DNA of 64,000 bases from Enterovibrio gelatinilyticus (GCF_028683095.1 NZ_JAJUBC010000028.1:1-64000); one strand, 5' to 3'; shown: positions 7,901 through 16,166, counted from the stretch's first letter. Notes: a model not told the origin generated them from the letters alone. Numbers and translations: made by a program.

Positions 7901-9796
7901 CAGGATCTGAATTTCAGCGGTTTTATCCACCTCTTCAAGCTGCGTTTCAATGGTCTGGATTTGCTTTTTAAAAGGCAGGTAAGCCTTTTCATCCTGCAGA
8001 AGGTTTAGCAACTGCAGATTCAGACTTTCGCGCTGCTCCTGAAGTGTTTCCAGTAAGGCATCAATCCGCTCTTCATCAATGTAATGCTGCTGACGCAACG
8101 CCATCACTGCACCCACCTGCCCTTTCACTTCTGAAAGCAAGGTAAGCAAAGTGTTGGCTTGTTCTTTCGGTGCAAGTTTGATCTTTCCGATCAGGTCAGA
8201 AACGATCCTGTTCTGATCTTCAATACTTTGTGCGGCATGACTTTGAAGCTGCTGAACCTTGGCGAATTCATCGATGATTTTGTCCGCCGTGCCCATCAGT
8301 TCACTAATGGCACCTCCCATGCCTAACGCGTATTCGTGGCCGAGCCAGGTGTAGTGATCAAGCGTTGATTGACATTGCTTGAGAAGCATTTCAAACGCCG
8401 CCTGCGTCACCTCCTCTGTCTGTGCTAATTGGCAAATTGACAAAACAGACGATAAGGCGCGAACCAGTTCAGTATTGCCAAGATTAAATAGCGGGCTGCT
8501 GCCATCACCTTTGGCATTTTCGAGGGCATAGTGTTCTGGCGTTGAAAACGGCGTATCCCAAATACGCAAAGGGTGGATAGTGGAGGCTTCCGCATTTTCA
8601 GACAATTGAAAAACAAGGAAGCGTCCATCGGGATAAAGGCTATAACCATGGCTTTCCATGGGTGCTTCGAACTTTTTCTCAATCAGGTTATAAGTGAAGG
8701 CAATGTAGTAACCGTCCACCGCATTGAAGAAGAAATACAGAATGTCTTCACCGTTGGGTGAAATGACTTTTTGGAAGAATTTGAGATTATTGGCAGGAAA
8801 ATCGAACTGCTTGCTTTCACCATTGGCGAGCACATAACCGTTTGCGTAAAGCACACCATGATCTTCAGGCAAGGATTTTGCGCTTTCACGCAGCGCATCT
8901 GCCCGTGTCACGGATTGATTAAGTGGGTTGTAAAGAAAGTAGCGGCTATGTTTTTCGCGGTTTGGCTTCACCCGCAATGCAATCAGCTCGCCAATAAAGG
9001 CATAGTCGATTTGCGCATCGGCAATACTCTGATGCGCATCTTCCACATCTTCGCGATAAATGCCTTTTCCTTCTGAGGTGTTGTCTTCAACCTTGATGGT
9101 CAAATCCCCACCCACACACTCAACGAATAGCTTATCTCGAATAGACACATGCGGATGTTCACCCAACACATGATCTTCACGCGTCGTAGCTATCCAATCA
9201 AAATCATGCTGTGTCGCGCTTTCGAGCGGTGCATGTCCGTAAGAATCCATGTACTCAGCGGAATTGGCATTCAACTGGAAGCGAAACACCTTACGGTCTT
9301 CGGGTCGGCTGCCAATTTGAAACGCGATATATAGAATACTCTCCTGACGCGAGATTTGAGATAAGCGTGCGTCCCGGTAATAGGTAAACAGCTCGGTAAA
9401 CTCATGCACGAAGCGCGCATCATTCAAGAAGCTGTTTTCTAACGTTAAAGACTCGACACGAAACGTACCTTCATTTTCATGAAGTTGATAAAGGCCAAAC
9501 ACATCATCCAATGATGGCGCTGCCTTCATACCTACCTGCACGTGGTAACCAAACAACAATTGTTGGTTTACCTGCGCCATATCGATGGGAATACATTTGG
9601 CATCAGTTTGTACATTGGCTTTACCAATCAGCGAGAGCTCTTGGCCACCAAATACGTCCTGACGTTGATGATTGAAAGACTGAGAAAGGGTTTTTAGCTG
9701 GTTGCCCTGTTGGGACAGGCGGGATTTGAGAACCTCGTACGCACCGCCTTCACTCACAGCTTGTTGAGTCGTCTCTGACATAATAATACCTATCAA
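4916..9796 (-). CDS. Giant (1626 aa) uncharacterized protein: N-terminal beta-rich domain, ~650-aa coiled-coil and C-terminal MoxR-like AAA+ ATPase
   Basis: The C-terminal region carries Walker A LISPPGYGKTTL (codons ~5950-5985), Walker B NVLLYLDDIQH and a sensor-1-like AVVMAGNPY, the pattern of the MoxR/AAA_5 clade. The central region is heptad-rich (LQ..LE..). The ORF-track start is TTG 9796, with an AGAGG SD 5 nt upstream. An alternative ATG at 9781 (MSETTQQ) has an AGGU SD. Confidence 0.6.
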   Translation of the reverse strand: MIGIIMSETTQQAVSEGGAYEVLKSRLSQQGNQLKTLSQSFNHQRQDVFGGQELSLIGKANVQTDAKCIPIDMAQVNQQLLFGYHVQVGMKAAPSLDDVFGLYQLHENEGTFRVESLTLENSFLNDARFVHEFTELFTYYRDARLSQISRQESILYIAFQIGSRPEDRKVFRFQLNANSAEYMDSYGHAPLESATQHDFDWIATTREDHVLGEHPHVSIRDKLFVECVGGDLTIKVEDNTSEGKGIYREDVEDAHQSIADAQIDYAFIGELIALRVKPNREKHSRYFLYNPLNQSVTRADALRESAKSLPEDHGVLYANGYVLANGESKQFDFPANNLKFFQKVISPNGEDILYFFFNAVDGYYIAFTYNLIEKKFEAPMESHGYSLYPDGRFLVFQLSENAEASTIHPLRIWDTPFSTPEHYALENAKGDGSSPLFNLGNTELVRALSSVLSICQLAQTEEVTQAAFEMLLKQCQSTLDHYTWLGHEYALGMGGAISELMGTADKIIDEFAKVQQLQSHAAQSIEDQNRIVSDLIGKIKLAPKEQANTLLTLLSEVKGQVGAVMALRQQHYIDEERIDALLETLQEQRESLNLQLLNLLQDEKAYLPFKKQIQTIETQLEEVDKTAEIQILQDQVETLRSELQLVTEEVTDIETDDPTQATRILDLTTEVSSMLNTVSAKLRGKSKGLQSEEAQAEFSAQFKLLSQSVSSAMEQATSPDDCDNQLAKLVGQLDKLESRFADFDQFLAEIYAKRDEIQSTLDNHKQQLIAAQQRRIQNLLQAANVTMSSIEKRVERFDDVAGLNSYFATDAMVLKLHQLSTTIRELGDSVKADSVDSKIKSLQDQSLRSLRDNQDIFEQGGKVLRLGKHRFSVNQQPLDLSLVDHDGQLSTHISGTDFYQSVEDETFLTLQSMSRLDVASESEDVYRAEYLAYLILHGAELNTDGLSLDKLYADQKEGTLSECIQKFAAPRYKEGYVKGIHDNDAIRILDKVLPIYQQAGLLRFSQSARSSALLWLLAQDSQIVEHYRQQAINAQLLREHLNSSEAYQLLQTQLVALLEAEQANEAAEYLVNLLGQSELNIEVSQDALTLCEDYLQFRRSLGWHQADEAIETAFADHKQWLTAYTSRKQYGEAFVLEAATITVLKSCSNFSIGSVDFSLLCSIDGLLGEHDRIEKGQLTLVLDDFIQRNEHHRTAVVPQFDAYLNQRTELLNTAKDDFRLGEFKPRPLTSFVRNKLISESYLPLIGDNFAKQMGTMGDKKRTDLMGMLLLISPPGYGKTTLIEYVAHKLGLVFMKINGPSIGHQATSLDPADAPDQNAAREIEKINLAFEMGNNVLLYLDDIQHTHPEFLQKFISLCDGTRRIEGTWKGKTKTYDMRGKKFAVVMAGNPYTETGEAFRIPDMLSNRADIYNLGDMLSDQKQAFELSFIENSLTSNSVLAPLATRDLNDLYRFVRMAEGESIALSDMSHSYSATESNEIVSTLQKMMMAQQTVLKVNQQYIKSAATADQYRVEPPFKLQGSYRNMNKLAEKISSVMTDEELNTMLQDHYQGEAQTLAAGTEENLLKLAELRGDMTPEQQGRWQEITDGYQRQQMMGDSEDRAGQVVQQLAMLNQHVARFGGNSQGGN

Positions 9797-9840
9797 TCCC
9801 GCCTCTTAAGAAGCGGGATTCTGCGAGAAGAAATGAAGGG

Positions 9841-11931
9841 TTATTTATCGTCTGATGACGGTTCCATTGAGCTTTGAATTTTCTTTAACAGCTCAGTTGC
9901 CCCACCTTGCGAGTTCAACAAACTTGCTAACGCAACATTGCTCAAGTCACTGCTTTTCAGTTCAGTGTTCTCCAAAATAGCTTTCAAATCTTCTGGTAGG
10001 CTTCGGTTTCCATCCACATACTCGGACACCAATGGGTTCAGCACTTTCGATTGCTCAAATTTGGCATCAATTGCAGAGGCATCCATGATGGTACGGCGAA
10101 TCTGTTCCATACCTTCACCACCAAACAGACGGATATCAGCTTTTGACAGTGCCTCTGCCAATGCTTTCGCGTTTTCACTGACCACGGTTTTCTGTGCATC
10201 AATGCGCGCGATTTCCAGATCTTTATCTTGTTGCAGTTGCATCACCCACTTATCGTGGTCGCGCGTATGCTCATCGTATTGTTGCGCCGCTTCAAAGCGT
10301 GCAGTTTGTGCTTCTGCTTCTGCCAAGCCCTTAGCACGAAGTGCCTGCGCTTCTGCTTCACCTGCACTTTGCATGGCAAACGCTTCTGCCTCGCCAGTTT
10401 CTTTAATGGCCTGAGCGCGCTCACGATCCACTTCGACTTCAGCAAGACCCGTTGCACTGATCATTTCTTTCTCAGCATGTGCCATACGCTCTTTGGCTGC
10501 GGCTTCACGTTCTTTCGCCACATAGCCTGCTTCAGCACGTTTGGTCGTGACAATATGCTCCGCTTCCGCTTCGCGTGTCTTCACGGCTAGGTCATTTTCC
10601 GCATCACGGGTTTTCACTTTAAGTTCGGCTTCATTTTCAATCAGCAAACGCTCTGCACGTTCTTTTGCTGCATCTTTCTCAGCGCGAGCACCAACCAATA
10701 ATTCAAGCTGCGCGGCTTCTGCAGCCGCTTCTGCTTCAATCATCTTCACGCGTTTCTCACGGCCTACACGCTCATTAACACGAAGGTTTTCAGTCTCTTC
10801 CTCTTCACGCGCAATTTTACGTTCAATCTCAACACGCTGAGAGCGTGTTTCGGAAACAGATTTAAGCGCTTCTTCAACCGTTGTCTCTTTCTGCATTTCA
10901 CGCTCAGCCACTTCCGTCGCTGTACGTACTTTTTCTGTTTCAACAGAACGGGTCAGCTCTTCTTGCTGAATTGCCACTTGGCGCTGATTGGCGATACGGG
11001 TCATTTCAACTTCCATTTCCACGCTTTCACGCTTCTTGGACACTTCTTCTTCCGTTTCTAATTTCGCCAACTCAGTGACGCGCAAATACTCCTGTCGCTT
11101 CTCAGCCGCTAGCGCTTCTTCTTGCGCGGTAATAATGTCGACTTCACGTTGAGTACGCGCAATACTCTCTTTTTCTTGCTTATCTAACTGCAGACGGTTT
11201 GCTTCCGCTTCAACGTTTTTCTTCTTCATCGTTGTGCGTTCATCCTGACGGATAGCATTCGTTTCTGTGTTCTTTTGAGCAGTAATTGCTGAGATTTTAC
11301 GAATACCTTCAACATCAAGAATGTTGTCCGGGCTATGAGCATCCAGCGCGGTTTGGTCAACTTTATCGATAACCACATCGTAGATTTTGAAACCATCCAT
11401 TTCGCTGCCGATAACTTCAACAACCGCATCACGGAACGCTCGGCGATTGGTCAGCAATTCTTCAAACTCAAATTGCTTTACCGCCGTTTTCAATGCTTCT
11501 GAAAATTTAGGTTGGAAGTGTTCTTTTAAACGTTCAAGATTCGAGGCTTCATGTGCTGTGAAGAGTTTGGCTACACGAACAATGTCTTCTTCTTCATGAT
11601 TTACACCGATATAAAAATCAACTCTTAAGTCCGCTCGGATGTTGTCTCGGCAGTGAAGACCTTCATATTCTTCGCCTTCCTGATCTTTACGACCACTGCG
11701 TACAACAGAGATTTTCTTACGTGTAATGTCCATATATTCGAATCGGTTAACAATCGGCCATACGAATGTGCCGGTTAACGAAGCGCGTGTACGGTGAAGT
11801 CCGTTCACAATAAGTGCGTCACCCTCACCACGTACTTTTTTATAACGAGAGGTGAGAAATACCATGACGAGAAGGAAAACGCCGATGCCAATGCCGATAA
11901 AAATGATGCTAGGGGAAATTTCCATTTCCAA
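9841..11931 (-). CDS. yqiK: Flotillin-like SPFH/band-7 domain protein (YqiK family) with long EA-rich coiled-coil
   Basis: An N-terminal TM helix is followed by an SPFH domain (…ALIVNGLHRTRASLTGTFVWPIVNRFEYMDI…), then ~400 aa of Glu/Ala/Lys/Arg-rich coiled-coil. The gene is paired with a YqiJ-like gene immediately upstream, as in the E. coli yqiJK operon. Confidence 0.8.
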   Translation of the reverse strand: MEMEISPSIIFIGIGIGVFLLVMVFLTSRYKKVRGEGDALIVNGLHRTRASLTGTFVWPIVNRFEYMDITRKKISVVRSGRKDQEGEEYEGLHCRDNIRADLRVDFYIGVNHEEEDIVRVAKLFTAHEASNLERLKEHFQPKFSEALKTAVKQFEFEELLTNRRAFRDAVVEVIGSEMDGFKIYDVVIDKVDQTALDAHSPDNILDVEGIRKISAITAQKNTETNAIRQDERTTMKKKNVEAEANRLQLDKQEKESIARTQREVDIITAQEEALAAEKRQEYLRVTELAKLETEEEVSKKRESVEMEVEMTRIANQRQVAIQQEELTRSVETEKVRTATEVAEREMQKETTVEEALKSVSETRSQRVEIERKIAREEEETENLRVNERVGREKRVKMIEAEAAAEAAQLELLVGARAEKDAAKERAERLLIENEAELKVKTRDAENDLAVKTREAEAEHIVTTKRAEAGYVAKEREAAAKERMAHAEKEMISATGLAEVEVDRERAQAIKETGEAEAFAMQSAGEAEAQALRAKGLAEAEAQTARFEAAQQYDEHTRDHDKWVMQLQQDKDLEIARIDAQKTVVSENAKALAEALSKADIRLFGGEGMEQIRRTIMDASAIDAKFEQSKVLNPLVSEYVDGNRSLPEDLKAILENTELKSSDLSNVALASLLNSQGGATELLKKIQSSMEPSSDDK

Positions 11932-11949
11932 CTCCTGATTTATATTCCG

Positions 11950-12564
11950 TTATGCTTTCGCTACCACGTAGCGATTTGAAGTGTCATCTTTGAAGACGAT
12001 GACCACTTCTTCTCCGTATTGAATCGTGCTTTCGTCTTGCAGCATGACATCAAGTAAAAACTCATTACCTTGATGCAATACCACGACTTCCCCTCTTTCT
12101 TTGTTAACGACGTTGCTGTGAACCCGCGCTTTCAGGCCAATATAGTCAACCTGAGCAAACGCCTTTTTACGGTCGAACAATGGCGCGAGTGGCTTTAACA
12201 ACAACGCAGATATTGCAAGGGAGAGGTAAGCAACGATTGGGATTGATGCGAGATCAATCAAAAGATTTGTAACGCCTGAAAACAGGCTGATATTCATTTG
12301 TGCGGAGTAAAACGACATGACGGTTGCGATAAAACACGATACACACAACGCAACCATAAGAGGGACTTTTGATAACACTTGAGGCAAAAGCAGACCTGCT
12401 CCCGGAATGTTATCAAGGTCAAAAATGTCGAGATCAGCCGTGAAGCCTTCCACCACATTAAAAACCAGATCTATGAGCATAATGAGGAAAAACACTACAA
12501 ACGGAATAAAAAATACGTTTGTAGGAAATGCCATCAGCATGCCCAGAAACTCACCAACTGCCAT
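11950..12564 (-). CDS. yqiJ: YqiJ/NfeD-like inner-membrane protein (membrane anchor plus C-terminal OB-fold), flotillin partner
   Basis: Hydrophobic N-terminal two-thirds. The C-terminus …VVIVFKDDTSNRYVVAKA resembles the E. coli YqiJ tail (…RFIVAKA). It ends 18 bp upstream of the flotillin gene. Confidence 0.7.
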   Translation of the reverse strand: MAVGEFLGMLMAFPTNVFFIPFVVFFLIMLIDLVFNVVEGFTADLDIFDLDNIPGAGLLLPQVLSKVPLMVALCVSCFIATVMSFYSAQMNISLFSGVTNLLIDLASIPIVAYLSLAISALLLKPLAPLFDRKKAFAQVDYIGLKARVHSNVVNKERGEVVVLHQGNEFLLDVMLQDESTIQYGEEVVIVFKDDTSNRYVVAKA

Positions 12565-12868
12565 ATAACGTTACTCTAAACAAAGTTTTATGTTTTATCG
12601 TTGTTTTGATGTCTAAGCTTTTTACAAAGCTGTCCAAGACTAACTGAGAATGGTCAGTTTTAAACCTATATAACAGGCTTATATGATTCGGTTCAAAAAA
12701 ATAGGCCGCCAAATTCTTATACAAGACACAAACTCGACCTTACAGCCAATGATTAAGAAATGAGACAATTACTGAGTGCTCTTCATTGCGATGACGATAA
12801 ATTTTTCGTTGAAATGAGCCTCATCGCAGAAACGAAAAAGCCCCAGCATTGCTGCTAGGGCTTCGAAT

Positions 12869-12912
12869 ATCGCGGTGAGGGAGACATGACTCGTCATTCT
12901 GCTACTCTCACC
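12869..12912 (-). pseudogene. Probable decayed tRNA-Ser remnant (internally deleted)
   Basis: atcgcggtgagggagacatgactcg… resembles the 3' end of the intact tRNA-Ser (tggcggtgagtgagagattcgaactctcg), and …ctctcacc resembles its 5' end. It is preceded by the same 'cagaaacgaaaaa + GC-hairpin' spacer architecture as the intact copies. Confidence 0.3.
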
Positions 12913-12946
12913 TTTCTGCTTCTTATGTTTTTCATAAGCCAGAAAC

Positions 12947-12977
12947 GAGAAAACCCAAGCATTTCTGCTTGGGTTTT
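12947..12977 (-). terminator. Rho-independent terminator downstream of the second tRNA-Ser
   Basis: cccaagc-atttct-gcttggg hairpin, followed by a T-run on the minus strand (gaaaa on plus). Confidence 0.6.
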
Positions 12978-12982
12978 GAATG

Positions 12983-13070
12983 TGGCGGTGAGTGAGAGAT
13001 TCGAACTCTCGATACGTTGCCGTATACACACTTTCCAGGCGTGCTCCTTCAGCCACTCGGACAACTCACC
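12983..13070 (-). tRNA. serX: tRNA-Ser (anticodon GGA), second copy, 88/88 identical to the copy at 2691-2778
   Basis: Identical 88-nt sequence. The upstream block (gacttatcgtctcaacgg…aactatag) is conserved with the copy-1 upstream block (gacttgtcgtctcaacgg…tactataag), likely the promoter region. Confidence 0.93.
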
Positions 13071-13270
13071 GTTTTGTTGGACTTATCGTCTCAACGGGGC
13101 GTAACTATAGGGAAGCGCTTTAGTCAGGTCAACGATAAATCGCAAATTTGAGCGCAAGTGTTTAAGTTTCCATCGGCTTGAGTTGTTTTTACACTGCGTT
13201 ACGCATTTTGCTCTCGCATTCTCATTCTGGCTGATAGAATATTACCCAACACTGGAACAGAGAACGAATC

Positions 13271-13846
13271 ATGACCAACTCGCTAGCACAATTTATCACT
13301 GAAAACGGATTAGAGCCTTTTGTACTGTCCGCTGAACAAACGGAAGGGTTTGTCACCGCCATGGCTGCGGCTCCTAACCTTATCGACCCAAGCGAGTGGC
13401 TTGCATTTATGTGGGGCGGTGAAGACGAAGCACCGTTCAATAACCCAGAACAACTCGAAGCGTACGCAGGTATCATCGTCGACATGTGGAACGCACAACG
13501 CCAAGCTCTGCTCGCTAATGAATGGACATGGCCAGAAGCCTGCGCATTAAGCGAAGCCGAGATTGTGAACCAAGCAACCCGTGAATACTGCGAAGGTATG
13601 CTTCAAGGCTGGACCCTAGCTCGTGATGATTGGGAAACCATTATGCCTGAGGAGTCGCCAGAGAATGCATTGCTTGGCGGCGTACTCCTTTCTATTAGCT
13701 TGCTGTTTGACCCAGAGTCCGCACTCGCGACGATGGACGAACTCGGTGCGGCAGAACTCGCGCAGTTTGAGGAAATATTTAACGGTATGCCCGTCATGCT
13801 ATGTGGTTTAACAATGCGCGGATACCAAATGGTAGAGCAGCAATAA
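13271..13846 (+). CDS. UPF0149 (YgfB/YecA N-terminal-like) family protein
   Basis: 191 aa, acidic and helical, with size and composition typical of UPF0149. It lacks a SEC-C motif. Confidence 0.5.
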   Translation: MTNSLAQFITENGLEPFVLSAEQTEGFVTAMAAAPNLIDPSEWLAFMWGGEDEAPFNNPEQLEAYAGIIVDMWNAQRQALLANEWTWPEACALSEAEIVNQATREYCEGMLQGWTLARDDWETIMPEESPENALLGGVLLSISLLFDPESALATMDELGAAELAQFEEIFNGMPVMLCGLTMRGYQMVEQQ

Positions 13847-14184
13847 TCTTAAACTAACTCGCTCACTGCAATGACTGACATTGACAAGCAATACCAATAA
13901 TAAAGCGGCCTAAACGGCTTATGCCATTCAGATTCTTCCTGCAGTCATACATTTACGCAGGAAGAATCATCAAGAGCTAAAGAAGAGATTGGTGTAGCGA
14001 GCTATTCTGTTTACAAATCTCTGACGCAGCTATTGCCGATTCTACCCAGCAAAAGTGACTGAATACTTGTTCTGATTGGTATTGTTTTGCGCAAACTTTT
14101 CGCGCAGTTTGCCAACAATCCTGATATAGTCCTGCCCCTGTTTTTATCCGCCATTACCCTGGCATTACATTCTGGAATTTTCCT

Positions 14185-15570
14185 GTGACCACACAAGCAT
14201 TCTCTACCCTGCCGTTGAAAGCCGAATTGCTTTCTACACTTACTGATATTGGCTACACGGAAATGACGCCTATCCAAGCACAAAGCCTTCCAGCCATTAT
14301 CGATGGGAAAGATGTCATTGGTCAGGGTAAAACAGGCTCAGGTAAAACTGCGGCATTTGGCCTTGGCTTGCTCAATCGCCTAAATGTAAAACGCTTCCGC
14401 GTTCAATCACTGGTTTTGTGCCCAACACGCGAGCTGGCAGATCAAGTTGCTATTGAGCTTCGTAAATTAGCCCGTGGTATCCACAACATCAAAATACTGA
14501 CGCTGTGTGGCGGTGTTCCAATGGGACCACAGATTGGCTCGCTTGAGCATGGTGCTCACATTATTGTTGGCACACCAGGCCGTATTCTTGATCACCTTGA
14601 TAAAGGCCGTCTGTCACTAGAAGAAGTGAACACACTGGTTCTTGATGAAGCTGACAGAATGCTTGAGATGGGTTTCCAACCTGCTTTGGATGCTATTTTC
14701 CAAGACATGCCAGCAAACCGCCAAACACTGCTATTCAGTGCGACCTTCCCAACGCAGATCCAAAGCATCAGCCGTCAAATCATGACCGCTCCAGTGATGG
14801 TTAAAGTTGAGTCAAACCACGATAGCAGCAGCATTTCTCAGCACTTTTATGAGTGCAACAGTAACAAAGATAAAATGCGTGCCCTACAGCTATTGCTGCT
14901 CAAACACCAACCAGAAAGCGCCGTGGTATTTTGTAATACCAAACGTGACGTTAAAGATGTAGCTGCAGTGCTCGATAACGAAGGTTTCTCTGTAGTTGCA
15001 CTGCATGGTGATCTTGAGCAACGCGACCGTGACCAAATGTTACTCAAGTTTGCTAACAAAAGTGTCACCGTTATGGTTGCTACCGACGTCGCGGCACGCG
15101 GTCTAGATATTGAAGCGCTAGATGCGGTAATCAACTACGACATGGCATTTGATACCGAAGTACACATTCACCGTATCGGTCGTACAGGTCGAGCTGGAAG
15201 CGAAGGTGCAGCACATACCTTCTTTGGCAAAGAAGATGGTTATAAGATTGCATTACTGCAAGACTACCTAAACCATGACATTAAAGGCGAAGCGCTTCCA
15301 GACGATTCAGCCATGAACAACATGCCTCGCACTCCTTTGATGACAACATTGCACATCGAAGCAGGTAAGAAAAACAAAGTTCGCCCAGGCGATATTCTCG
15401 GTGCATTGACCGGTGATGATGGAATCCAGGGCAGCGAAGTGGGTAAGATTAAAGTCACCGATTATCGTTCGTATGTTGCAGTAAAACGAAATGTTGCAAA
15501 ACACGCTTTGAATAAGCTGTCTTCAGGCAAAATCAAAGGCCGTACTTACCGCGTTTGGCAATTACGCTAA
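14185..15570 (+). CDS. dbpA: ATP-dependent RNA helicase DbpA (DEAD-box, 23S rRNA-specific)
   Basis: DEAD-box motifs: Q-motif, GKTGSGKTAAF, DEAD, SAT and HRIGRTGRAG. A C-terminal DbpA RNA-binding domain is present. The N-terminus aligns with E. coli DbpA. GTG start. Confidence 0.9.
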   Translation: MTTQAFSTLPLKAELLSTLTDIGYTEMTPIQAQSLPAIIDGKDVIGQGKTGSGKTAAFGLGLLNRLNVKRFRVQSLVLCPTRELADQVAIELRKLARGIHNIKILTLCGGVPMGPQIGSLEHGAHIIVGTPGRILDHLDKGRLSLEEVNTLVLDEADRMLEMGFQPALDAIFQDMPANRQTLLFSATFPTQIQSISRQIMTAPVMVKVESNHDSSSISQHFYECNSNKDKMRALQLLLLKHQPESAVVFCNTKRDVKDVAAVLDNEGFSVVALHGDLEQRDRDQMLLKFANKSVTVMVATDVAARGLDIEALDAVINYDMAFDTEVHIHRIGRTGRAGSEGAAHTFFGKEDGYKIALLQDYLNHDIKGEALPDDSAMNNMPRTPLMTTLHIEAGKKNKVRPGDILGALTGDDGIQGSEVGKIKVTDYRSYVAVKRNVAKHALNKLSSGKIKGRTYRVWQLR

Positions 15571-15605
15571 TCGAACAAGCTATATAGTGCGCCATATCGC
15601 ACTGT

Positions 15606-15652
15606 AAAAAATGCCCTCATCCAGAAATGGCATGAGGGCATTTTCGTTTTTT
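15606..15652. terminator. Bidirectional rho-independent terminator between convergent dbpA and the DUF336 gene
   Basis: atgccctcat-ccagaaatggc-atgagggcat 10-bp stem, followed by ttttcgtttttt. It is A-rich on the other side. Confidence 0.75.
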
Positions 15653-15668
15653 GTCCAAGCTGACTTTC

Positions 15669-16166
15669 TTATTTGCTGACTTTCTTAATTGCTGCTTCTG
15701 CACATGCTACGTCTAAATGACCGCCTGGGGCACCTCCCACACCAATAGCACCAACAACCGCACCTTTCACTGTCAATGGCAAACCACCCGCAAGTAGCAA
15801 TAGGTTGTCATCCATGTTCTGCAGAGGTTGTAAGATGGGCTTTTCGTCAATGAGCTTCATCAGTTTACCTGTTGGCTGTTTCATACTCGCCGCAGTGAAT
15901 GCTTTCTGACGAGAGCTCTCAAGCGTATGTGAACCTGCTTTATCGTCACGTAACTGCGCTAGCACACGCCCAGCCGGGTCTACAACGGTCGCTGTCACTG
16001 CGTAACCCTCTTTTTGACACTGTTCAACAGCTTTCACAGCAAGCGCTAATGCTGAATCTGTTGATAAAGAAGGGACACTAACAGTGTCGATTTTTGCTTG
16101 TGCAGAAAAAGTGGTAAAAAGCGCCGTACCAAGAACGAACGTACACATTTGGGTTGCTGATTTCAT
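15669..16166 (-). CDS. Secreted DUF336 (GlcG/HbpS-like, haem-binding/haem-degrading) protein
   Basis: Signal peptide, then the conserved C-terminal block LAGGLPL…GAIGVGGAPGGHLDVACAEAAI typical of DUF336/HbpS. A GGAG SD is present. Confidence 0.7.
   Translation of the reverse strand: MKSATQMCTFVLGTALFTTFSAQAKIDTVSVPSLSTDSALALAVKAVEQCQKEGYAVTATVVDPAGRVLAQLRDDKAGSHTLESSRQKAFTAASMKQPTGKLMKLIDEKPILQPLQNMDDNLLLLAGGLPLTVKGAVVGAIGVGGAPGGHLDVACAEAAIKKVSK

Noticed and set aside
9938-10840. Plus-strand ORFs (158, 120 and 99 aa) antisense to the flotillin coiled-coil region
   Set aside because: Same artefact: the EA-rich repeat on the coding strand yields Ser/Ala/Cys-rich open antisense frames. No start context.
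12640-12657. Palindrome aACTGAgaatggTCAGTt upstream of the cassette operon, considered as a LexA box
   Set aside because: The spacing is CTG-N8-CAG, whereas LexA requires CTG-N10-CAG. It may still be some other operator, but not SOS.
15655-15695. Direct 15-nt duplication (gctgactttcttaNt x2) at the 3' end of the DUF336 gene
   Set aside because: A short local duplication across the stop codon region. No evidence of function.
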